Shown piece after piece: positions 7,811 to 15,713 of a stretch of 52,859 nt of DNA; position 1 is the first letter of the stretch; each line of letters begins with the position of its first letter. Made by a program: the position numbers and the translations under genes. The notes under the pieces were generated by a model. The model was not told the DNA's origin. It did no database searches and saw only the letters and a list, made by a program, of their open reading frames with translations. The stretch spans positions 1 through 52,859 of IMG/VR virus record IMGVR_UViG_3300011114_000478, one strand, 5' to 3'. The DNA is from a virus (Duplodnaviria > Caudoviricetes).

Positions 7811-7838
7811 TTGACAGCACTATTGTTTAATATATAAT
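7811..7838 (+). promoter_or_regulatory. sigma70 promoter (early)
   Basis: TTGACA-16 nt-TATAAT; spacer shares TATTGTTTAAT with the 6551 promoter. Confidence 0.8.
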
Positions 7839-7889
7839 TACACCTACGAACACATTGGTTCGGTTTATTTAAAAGCGAAAGGATTCAAA

Positions 7890-8081
7890 ATGCTATACTA
7901 CGCACTTACTCACAATGAAATATTTGATCTAGGCAATCAACTTTCACCTGCTAATGCAGATCACTTTGCTGTTGACCAATTCAATATTCATCAATCTCCA
8001 AGTGGTTACATAATTGTCAATCACAGAGAACTCGAAGCTATCAAAAACATACTTGACCGACGCGGTGTCGGCGTTTACTAA
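7890..8081 (+). CDS. Hypothetical protein
   Basis: AAGGA RBS after the promoter. Confidence 0.7.
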   Translation: MLYYALTHNEIFDLGNQLSPANADHFAVDQFNIHQSPSGYIIVNHRELEAIKNILDRRGVGVY

Positions 8082-8091
8082 GGAAAAAACC

Positions 8092-8256
8092 ATGGAAGAC
8101 AAAGACTTATCAGTGTTAAAGCGTTATATCGAAAACCGTCAAAAATACGGTTACTCAGACGAAGAGTTGTTTGAGATGCGCGCCTCATTCGGTGAAGACG
8201 AAGAGGTGGTTGACATCTTTACAGGTCAGACGATTGACCTAGGCAGACGATCATGA
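8092..8256 (+). CDS. Small acidic hypothetical protein
   Basis: AAGGA RBS before ATG 8092. Confidence 0.65.
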   Translation: MEDKDLSVLKRYIENRQKYGYSDEELFEMRASFGEDEEVVDIFTGQTIDLGRRS

Positions 8257-8390
8257 GCTTCATGGTCGTTGATGCTGTGACCGACGAAATCGTCGAGAGT
8301 AACTTCGAGTATAGGCATCACGCGGAGTTATTTATCGAGGTGCATGGCAAGGATTATCCTAACGCCGAACTTATCGTGGAGTCAGCATGA
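8253..8390 (+). CDS. 45-aa hypothetical protein (not in ORF track)
   Basis: ATGA overlaps at both ends; MSFMVVDAVTDEIVES... Confidence 0.65.
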   Translation: MSFMVVDAVTDEIVESNFEYRHHAELFIEVHGKDYPNAELIVESA

Positions 8391-8833
8391 AGCGACCAAT
8401 CTATGAGTCACAGGTTGACTTAACACACGAAAACAAAATGAAAACTTTGTTAGAAGCCAAATGGAATTGCACACTTAATAAATTACCACTCAAGTATCAA
8501 CTTGATTGGTTAGCAATGCGTGGCAAAGATCCTATGGCGTTTGTAGAGTTTAAACACCGCGAGAAGCTATCAATTGACGCGTATCCACGCTACATGATTT
8601 CACTTGACAAGTGGATGAAAGCAAAACAGCTATGCAAAGAAGTAGAGATCCCATTCATTATGGTGATCACATTTACTGAGGGTACATACTACGGCGTGTT
8701 TGCACACAATGGCTTGCATGAGGTTACTTATGGTATTGGCGGTCGTTATGATCGAGGTGACGCGCAAGACGTAGAACCTATGATTTATTTACCATTAAAA
8801 AAATTTCATAAAATTGAGGGAGCGACATTATGA
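8387..8833 (+). CDS. PD-(D/E)XK-fold nuclease-like protein
   Basis: YQLDW....AFVEFKHR motif. Confidence 0.6.
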   Translation: MKRPIYESQVDLTHENKMKTLLEAKWNCTLNKLPLKYQLDWLAMRGKDPMAFVEFKHREKLSIDAYPRYMISLDKWMKAKQLCKEVEIPFIMVITFTEGTYYGVFAHNGLHEVTYGIGGRYDRGDAQDVEPMIYLPLKKFHKIEGATL

Positions 8834-9102
8834 TTGGTACAAAAGAAAATATGGTGATTGGTGACATCGTGCGTGCTTATGACTTTGCACCACGCGAAGG
8901 ATGCCCTGATTGTTTTATCATTGGCAAGGTGACCGCAATTGAAGGATCGTTTTTTGTTGCTGACACTTTGATGCGTGTTTGGAACGGCAAAGTCGAACAT
9001 CAAAACAAGCTTGAGAACCACATCAAGCATAGCTTCCGTGCGTTATGCCAAGGCGAAATGGGCTTTGACAAAGAGTATGAGCGTGTTACAATACTAGCAT
9101 GA
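8830..9102 (+). CDS. Hypothetical protein
   Basis: GGGAG RBS, ATGA overlap. Confidence 0.7.
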   Translation: MIGTKENMVIGDIVRAYDFAPREGCPDCFIIGKVTAIEGSFFVADTLMRVWNGKVEHQNKLENHIKHSFRALCQGEMGFDKEYERVTILA

Positions 9103-9281
9103 GTCACCATCATAGATATGTTGGTTTGATTGACGGGGAGAAGATGAGAAGTTTTCACCGCCGTGACGAACTCATGCATTGGTTAAAAGATAAACCCGAA
9201 GCAACTTACATCAAGTATTCAGTAAAGCGTGAGAAAAAAGAAAAGATTGATTTTAACGAATACGAACTAGCGCCTTTCTAA
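9099..9281 (+). CDS. Hypothetical protein
   Basis: ATGA overlap. Confidence 0.6.
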   Translation: MSHHHRYVGLIDGEKMRSFHRRDELMHWLKDKPEATYIKYSVKREKKEKIDFNEYELAPF

Positions 9282-9328
9282 TATTGTTATTGTTTCATGG
9301 TTTATTGTTTATTGTTTATGGTTTATGG
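9282..9328. repeat. Tandem heptamer TTTAT(T/G)G repeats
   Basis: Four exact copies at 9301-9328 plus degenerate copies upstream. Confidence 0.85.
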
Positions 9329-9331
9329 TTG

Positions 9332-9391
9332 GTATTACGTCCGTATAAATCTCGTAATACGTCCGTATAGTTTTCGTAATACGTCCGTATA
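9332..9391. repeat. Three iteron-like direct repeats GTA(A/T)TACGTCCGTATA, 22-bp period
   Basis: Copies start at 9332, 9354 and 9376. Confidence 0.92.
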
Positions 9392-9444
9392 AATTCCCCC
9401 GAAAAGAAAATAAAAACTAAAAACAATTTGTACCTACTTATTGT

Positions 9445-9473
9445 TTGACTTCTCACTATTGTCCGTTTACATT
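9445..9473 (+). promoter_or_regulatory. Possible sigma70 promoter for the terminase operon
   Basis: TTGACT-17 nt-TACATT; spacer shares CACTATTGT with the 7811 promoter. Confidence 0.5.
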
Positions 9474-9483
9474 CTGTTTCATT

Positions 9484-10062
9484 ATGTCAGAGACAGCTAT
9501 CACAAAGAAGAGAGTCGTATCATCTTACGAAAGTAAAGAAGATGATGTAGAGACTCGTGCGTCAGGTAAACAATCTAACAAGGACTCATCAAGCGTTAAC
9601 AAAGGTGGAAGACCTACGCTTTATAGTCTTGAGATTGCTTTGGAGATATGCGATAGGATTGCTGACGGTGAGAGTTTAGTAAAGATTTGCAGTGATCCGA
9701 AGATGCCGAAGAAGACAGCGGTGTACGAGTGGTTGCTACGCCACAAAGAATTTGCGGAGATATATGCGCGCGCGAGGGAAGACCAAGCTGACACATTGGC
9801 CGACGAGATCCACGCAATCAGTGACGAACTCCCTCAACAGATTGTAGACGACAAAGGTAAGACGCGTTATGACAGCGCTTACGTTCAATGGCAAAAGAAT
9901 CGTGTTGACGCTCGTAAGTGGGTGGCCGCGAAGCTTAAACCTAAAAAGTATTCAGACAGGATCGCACACGTTGGTGACAATGAAGCCGACAGCATAAACG
10001 TCAACGTCAACATCTTTGACGAGATGATTAAAAACCTCGAACTAAAAAGGCAAACTAAATGA
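9484..10062 (+). CDS. terS: Terminase small subunit (Sf6 gp1-like)
   Basis: GRPTLYS..IC..IADGESL..IC, YARARE.QAD.LADEI, DARKW.AAKL.PKKY; upstream of terL. Confidence 0.88.
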   Translation: MSETAITKKRVVSSYESKEDDVETRASGKQSNKDSSSVNKGGRPTLYSLEIALEICDRIADGESLVKICSDPKMPKKTAVYEWLLRHKEFAEIYARAREDQADTLADEIHAISDELPQQIVDDKGKTRYDSAYVQWQKNRVDARKWVAAKLKPKKYSDRIAHVGDNEADSINVNVNIFDEMIKNLELKRQTK

Positions 10063-10157
10063 GTGATCTTATAAACGGATTATGGATTCTGTTCGGCATG
10101 GTTGTCGGTGGATTCTTATACTTCATCATCGCTGACTACTTCGATGACAGAAAATAA
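10059..10157 (+). CDS. 32-aa single-TM peptide (not in ORF track)
   Basis: MSDLINGLWILFGMVVGGFLYFIIADYFDDRK*; ATGA overlap with terS. Confidence 0.55.
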   Translation: MSDLINGLWILFGMVVGGFLYFIIADYFDDRK

Positions 10158-10293
10158 ACAAAAGCCACAAAAGCCATTGACGCATGAAGAGCTTGTGGAT
10201 CTTATGCTAGAGAACGAAGAAGTTTATAAAGCACTTGCTGAATACGAGCTGAACAAGTCTACAGGCGAAGTTCAAGTGGTAAGTCATGACTGA
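10144..10293 (+). CDS. Hypothetical protein
   Basis: ATG 10144 in frame with the track ORF; overlaps terL start. Confidence 0.55.
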   Translation: MTENKQKPQKPLTHEELVDLMLENEEVYKALAEYELNKSTGEVQVVSHD

Positions 10294-11734
10294 CGTTGTT
10301 GAGCTTCTTAAAGACAAAGAAGTCGAAGCGCAGTTTAAATCGCTTCCTATTGCTAAACAGATAGCGATAGCGTGGCGCATGAAGTGGTTAACGCAAGCGC
10401 ATGATCACCAAATATTGCCACACGGTGATTGGGCGATATGGTTGCTATTAGGTGGTCGAGGTGCGGGGAAGACTAGAACGTCTGCTGAGCAGATAGGATG
10501 GTGGGCTTGGGAACAGCCTAACACACGATGGCTAGTAGCCGCGCCGACAGCCATGGATGTACGCGGTACATGTATTGAAGGTGAATCAGGATTGCTTAAC
10601 GTGATACCTGAGATCCTTATTGCAGACTATAACAAGTCATTGCTCGAGATCAAGCTGACGAACGGATCACTGATCAAAGGCATATCAGCGTCAGAACCTG
10701 ATCGCTTCCGCGGTGGACAATACCACGGCGCATGGCTAGACGAGTTAGCGGCTTGGGATTACTTACAAGAAGCATGGGACATGATTATGTTCTCAGTGCG
10801 TTTAGGTAAAGAGACAAGGATCATCGCATCAACGACACCACGTCCTAAAGACTTGATCGTTGAGTTAGTAGGTCGAGCAGATGATGGATCAGGTGAGGTC
10901 GTCATGTCAACCGCGTCAACGTACGCGAACATAGACAACTTAGCGCCAAGCTTTCAACAGCAGATCTTGCAGTACGAAGGAACGAAGCTCGGACGCCAAG
11001 AGATCTATGCCGAACTGATTGACCCTGAAGAGGGTGGCATTGTTAAAAGAGATATGTTTAAGTTATGGGATGCGCGTAAGCCGTTCCCTAAGTTTGAATA
11101 CATCATACAGAGTTACGATTGCGCATACACAGAGAAGACGATCAATGACCCGACAGCGTGCTTAGTCTTCGGATTGTTTAAGCCAACAGACGGGCCCATG
11201 TCAGTGATGCTGATAGACGCATGGCAAGAACGCATGCAGTATCCTGATCTAAGACGAAAGGTTAGAGACGAATATGAAGTTAGTTATGGTGCGGATAGCG
11301 AGTCCGACACAGGAGAGTTTGTCAAAGGTAAGCGAGTTGATCTCATACTTGTCGAAGATAAGGCGAGTGGAATCAGTCTCATACAAGATATGCAACGGGC
11401 ACATTTACCTGTGCGAGCTTACAATCCTGGTCGAGCCGACAAAGTGCAACGACTTTCCATTGTCGCAAACATTATCGCTCATGGAAGAGTGTGGATTCCC
11501 GAATCGTCAGTACGTCGAGGATATGTGCGTGATTGGGCTGAGGGCTTCGTATCACAGATTTGCTCATTTCCTGAAGCTACGCATGACGACTATGTGGACG
11601 CATGTACGCAAGCGCTTCGGTATCTAAGAGACGCAGGCATGTTAGAGATTGATCCGAGACCTTATGACCCGTCAGAGGATTATGCAGACGCACACGGTGG
11701 ATACACACAACGTGTTAACCCGTACGCAGTATGA
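10286..11734 (+). CDS. terL: Terminase large subunit
   Basis: Walker A GGRGAGKT, Walker B WLDE, STTP, nuclease SYDCA and HDDYVDA. Confidence 0.96.
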   Translation: MTDVVELLKDKEVEAQFKSLPIAKQIAIAWRMKWLTQAHDHQILPHGDWAIWLLLGGRGAGKTRTSAEQIGWWAWEQPNTRWLVAAPTAMDVRGTCIEGESGLLNVIPEILIADYNKSLLEIKLTNGSLIKGISASEPDRFRGGQYHGAWLDELAAWDYLQEAWDMIMFSVRLGKETRIIASTTPRPKDLIVELVGRADDGSGEVVMSTASTYANIDNLAPSFQQQILQYEGTKLGRQEIYAELIDPEEGGIVKRDMFKLWDARKPFPKFEYIIQSYDCAYTEKTINDPTACLVFGLFKPTDGPMSVMLIDAWQERMQYPDLRRKVRDEYEVSYGADSESDTGEFVKGKRVDLILVEDKASGISLIQDMQRAHLPVRAYNPGRADKVQRLSIVANIIAHGRVWIPESSVRRGYVRDWAEGFVSQICSFPEATHDDYVDACTQALRYLRDAGMLEIDPRPYDPSEDYADAHGGYTQRVNPYAV

Positions 11735-11931
11735 CAACATTTTATATTGCCAAGAGAAGTCCCGTTGGTCATCAGCTTTTATTAAGGCGATGGATGCAAA
11801 TAAGAAAGTCTTATAAGCATGTAAGACGAGATATAGAAACAAAAAGGTATAGACGCCAATGGTTTTGGAACGCAGACAGATGGGATCAAAGACATGGCGA
11901 AAATAGCAACACCGTGCAAACAGATATGTGA
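11731..11931 (+). CDS. Small basic hypothetical protein
   Basis: ATGA overlap with terL. Confidence 0.5.
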   Translation: MTTFYIAKRSPVGHQLLLRRWMQIRKSYKHVRRDIETKRYRRQWFWNADRWDQRHGENSNTVQTDM

Positions 11932-12076
11932 ACTAGACGAAAAGTTATACATATGTAAAACATGTAAGCGCACTGAAGACGAGATAGCAAGTTGGTTAGA
12001 TTACACACCAAGCGAACGCAAAGCTGTAATGAAACGCATCAAGGAACGAGATGGGCGTAGCAAAAAAAATAATTGA
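11894..12076 (+). CDS. DUF1289-family Cys4 protein
   Basis: TPC..IC.LD....C..C.RT.DEI..W......ER..V. Confidence 0.8.
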   Translation: MAKIATPCKQICELDEKLYICKTCKRTEDEIASWLDYTPSERKAVMKRIKERDGRSKKNN

Positions 12077-15000
12077 GGGTGGATTAAAGGCGGTCGCTAA
12101 GAAAGCGCCACGCATGTCTGAAGCACTCGAACCTCACATTGGTAAACGCTTATATATTACGCAAGCGGATCGTACAGCACTTGACTATCCACAAGGTTTA
12201 CTCGGAGGACCAGGCTATACGGAACTAGCAAGCATTGATCCTAAATACAAAGACATCGCATGGGCTGTGCAAGGACCAGGCGTTGCAAAGACTCTTGTAG
12301 GTTCAATGGCGCGCAATCCTGAAGAAGCTGTATTCGCAAACCTTATTGGATCACCCGAACAACACAGATCAAACAAAGTCGTCTTCGATAAGATTATGGA
12401 TCGCTTTCAGAAAGCGATAGAAGAAGACAAGCTCACACCCGAACTACATAAGACGATTAACAAACGCTTAGCTAACATCAAAGATCCAAAGACAGGTAAG
12501 TCATTCTTTCCTGAAGACGTAGACATTCTATCCCCTGAGTTCGAGCAACACGCAAACACCTTCCATCAACGCGCATTCATTGCTGACGTGTTAGCAGGTA
12601 AAGGTGTCGGTGGTCGCAAAGGTACGATCATTGATTACCCACAAGTTATAAAAGAAACCACTGACCCGTTATTGCTAGAAGCAAAGACAGGCGACATCGG
12701 TGACAGACTATTCTCGTTATCAGGCAACATTGAATACAGACCTGAATTACATCCTGCATTCCATACATCGTTAGGTGGTCGCAAAGAATCCGAAGCTTTC
12801 GCACCTGCTCCACAAGGTATTGTGATGAAAAACTTTATCAAAGACTTTACAGAGCGAACAGGTCGCATGCCAACCTATTACGACTTAACACGCGGATATG
12901 CACCAAGCGAAAAGATTACACAGGAAATGGTTGAGCGCATGTACAAAGAAGGTTACGGCGCAGGTGGTAAGGTTCTCAAAAAAGGATTGAAACTTATAGA
13001 AGACGTTGCAGAGAAAGTTAAGTTGCCTCCCGCAGAGAACTCAGCACGCACACAAATTGTAGGTACGATGCCGACATACGAAAAGGCACGCGACATACTA
13101 AGCAAAGAAGGTATTGAAGGTAAAGACGTTATAGACTTCGGCGCAGGTAAAGGTTTAGGTTCAACCATGATGAAGGCGCATTCATTCGAGCCATATCCAC
13201 AGGGTTGGTATCCAACGTACACCAAGTCAGAAGACATTCCTTCCAATGCATACAAAGGCTTGCTCAATCTTAATGTATTGAACGTCCTTGATCCTGAAAT
13301 GCGTGCACACACAGTTAAAGAGATTGGTCGTGTTATGCAACCCGAAGGTGGCACAGGATTAATCACAACACGCGGTCGTGACGTTATGAATACAATCGGT
13401 GGCGTAAAAGGTCCTGAACCAATGTCAGTGATTACTTCACGCGACACATATCAAAAAGGATTCGAACCTAACGAACTCCGTGAATACATCAAATACATAC
13501 TAGGTACTGACTTTGAATACGAACCACTAAACCTAGGTCCCGCAGGTGTCAAGATCAAGAAGAAAGCTGAAGGCGGAACTATATCTGACGACGCTGAAGA
13601 GTACGGCGAACAACTCAAAGAAAGACGCAAGACACTTGGTAGCGACATCCTCAAGTCAGGCGCAAAAGGAATTAAAGAAGGATTAGGTAACATCTATCAA
13701 AGCGCTAAAGAAACATTGTCACGCGCAGGTACTATCGGTGACATCGTAGAAGGTTATGGTAAGTACGGCGCACCAATGGAAAGAGCAAGATACGAAGGCA
13801 TTACAGGTACAAAGCTTCCTGAAATAAAACCTGTACCTTACTTGCGCGAACAAACAATTACAGAATCACCTGTAGGTGCAAAGATAATGCCACTTACCAC
13901 AGGCGAACAACAATTTGCAGGTGAGATTATTGGTGACCCACTTTCTTATTCAGTGTCAGGCGCAGGTCGTGGACTTGAAAAGTTTGGTAAGTTTGTTGGT
14001 AAAGGCTTAGCTGAACAAGTGCAAACAGGTAAAGGTCTCATTGGTCGCAACGTCATCAACCCACGCATGAATGTCATCAAAGACCAAGGTGGTATGTTAG
14101 TCGGTGGTGAGAAAGCTTTAGATGATGAGCTAATAGCAATGAAGAAAAATGAAGCCGCATATCCTCACGCACAAGCAAACTTTACTACAGACCAAAAAGA
14201 TCCTAATGCTGTAGCTCTTAACAATTGGATTGATACCAAGGTAAAAAAATACTTACGCAATCAAGCAGGATCAGAAGCCGACCCAATACTTAAAACAATT
14301 GAGTCAGGCGTAGAACATAATTTCCAACCAACTATGGGTGACACTAAATACAGCGTAAGAAATAAACGACTTAAAGTTGGTAAACCTGAAACAGGTATTG
14401 CTAAAACAGATTTGGGCAAAGAGTTTGAGTACAAAATTGATTCAATGTTTGATCCTCATAGCTCCGAAGAAGTTAAAGCAATTTTAAATGACCCGCTTCC
14501 TTTTGCTGATCCAAACACAGCAGAAAGATTTAGAGCTTCAAAACTTAGAACTGAGCATGATCTTCCTATTGAAAACGAAAAAGATGTTAAGGCACTTAGG
14601 TTGCTTAATGAAATTCCCGACAAGAATATATATACATTAAGTGGTACAAACATTACAGAACGTCTAGGTCTCAATCATGTATCCGATGTTTTATATGAAG
14701 ACTTAATGTCAGGCAAGTTAAAACCTGAACAACTAAATCAAATGTCTATTGAGAAAGCTATCCGTCGCACCGCAGAGTATGACGCACAAAAAGCTCGCGA
14801 AATGCAAAAAGCTCATGCAACTTCAATTGAAGGATTCCCTGTTCCTAAAGCATATGAAGACAAATACAAATGGGTAGAACTTAAACACGAAACAGATCCA
14901 AAGAAAACAGCGGCAGCGCTCAAATCAGAAGGTGAGATGATGGGTCACTGCGTTGGTGGCGGTGATTATTGTTATGATGTTGAACATGGAACAGCTAAGA

Positions 15001-15713
15001 TATTTTCACTAAGAGGTCCTGATGGTAAATCACATGTCACTATTGAAGCAAGACCACACTATAGTGCACAACGATGGTACGAAGCAAACGCCGATCTTAT
15101 AAATAGCGATCCATATTTAAAAGAGATTGAGTCAAATGTAGCGATTGGTGACATTGACGCTAAGTATGGAAACAATCCAAGCACTGATGCAGATTATGTT
15201 CGCATCATGTCAAAAGAAATGAAAAGAAAAGGTATTAACCCTGTTGAACCCGCAGGTTACATGAATATTCATCAGATTAAGGGAGGAAAAAACCACCGCC
15301 CTGAGGAAAGATACCAAAAATATATTTCAGACTTTATTCAAAATAATCCTACTAAACATGAAATTGTTGATATACATGAATTAGACAACACAAATCTTAT
15401 GAGCGTGCAAAATATAGCTGACACAGGATTGGTGCCAAAAGACATTCATTTTCATCCTGATGTATTAAAAGCTACAAAAGCAAGAAATCCTAAATACCAT
15501 TATGGCATGTCAGAAGATCAGGAAGAAATGAGATATGACTTATTTAAAGAAGTCGCAAGAGATTTAGCAAGACAAGGTAAGAACTATCTTGACAAAGACG
15601 ACATTCTTAATCACCTAAGAGAAAAATATTTACTACCGAAAAAGAAAAGCGGTGGTTCTATCAACCTAAACCAAGAATATAAACTAGAAAACATGAGGAG
15701 ACGTTATGGCTGA
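12051..15713 (+). CDS. Large multidomain (polyvalent-type) protein with SAM-methyltransferase and PcfJ-like domains
   Basis: DFGAGKG..FEPYP..NVLNV; L.SEGEMMGHCVGG..IFSLR...SHVTIE. Confidence 0.75.
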   Translation: MGVAKKIIEGGLKAVAKKAPRMSEALEPHIGKRLYITQADRTALDYPQGLLGGPGYTELASIDPKYKDIAWAVQGPGVAKTLVGSMARNPEEAVFANLIGSPEQHRSNKVVFDKIMDRFQKAIEEDKLTPELHKTINKRLANIKDPKTGKSFFPEDVDILSPEFEQHANTFHQRAFIADVLAGKGVGGRKGTIIDYPQVIKETTDPLLLEAKTGDIGDRLFSLSGNIEYRPELHPAFHTSLGGRKESEAFAPAPQGIVMKNFIKDFTERTGRMPTYYDLTRGYAPSEKITQEMVERMYKEGYGAGGKVLKKGLKLIEDVAEKVKLPPAENSARTQIVGTMPTYEKARDILSKEGIEGKDVIDFGAGKGLGSTMMKAHSFEPYPQGWYPTYTKSEDIPSNAYKGLLNLNVLNVLDPEMRAHTVKEIGRVMQPEGGTGLITTRGRDVMNTIGGVKGPEPMSVITSRDTYQKGFEPNELREYIKYILGTDFEYEPLNLGPAGVKIKKKAEGGTISDDAEEYGEQLKERRKTLGSDILKSGAKGIKEGLGNIYQSAKETLSRAGTIGDIVEGYGKYGAPMERARYEGITGTKLPEIKPVPYLREQTITESPVGAKIMPLTTGEQQFAGEIIGDPLSYSVSGAGRGLEKFGKFVGKGLAEQVQTGKGLIGRNVINPRMNVIKDQGGMLVGGEKALDDELIAMKKNEAAYPHAQANFTTDQKDPNAVALNNWIDTKVKKYLRNQAGSEADPILKTIESGVEHNFQPTMGDTKYSVRNKRLKVGKPETGIAKTDLGKEFEYKIDSMFDPHSSEEVKAILNDPLPFADPNTAERFRASKLRTEHDLPIENEKDVKALRLLNEIPDKNIYTLSGTNITERLGLNHVSDVLYEDLMSGKLKPEQLNQMSIEKAIRRTAEYDAQKAREMQKAHATSIEGFPVPKAYEDKYKWVELKHETDPKKTAAALKSEGEMMGHCVGGGDYCYDVEHGTAKIFSLRGPDGKSHVTIEARPHYSAQRWYEANADLINSDPYLKEIESNVAIGDIDAKYGNNPSTDADYVRIMSKEMKRKGINPVEPAGYMNIHQIKGGKNHRPEERYQKYISDFIQNNPTKHEIVDIHELDNTNLMSVQNIADTGLVPKDIHFHPDVLKATKARNPKYHYGMSEDQEEMRYDLFKEVARDLARQGKNYLDKDDILNHLREKYLLPKKKSGGSINLNQEYKLENMRRRYG

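Noticed and set aside
9332-9391. CRISPR mini-array
   Set aside because: Repeats are 16 bp with 6-bp gaps, far too short for spacers; no cas genes
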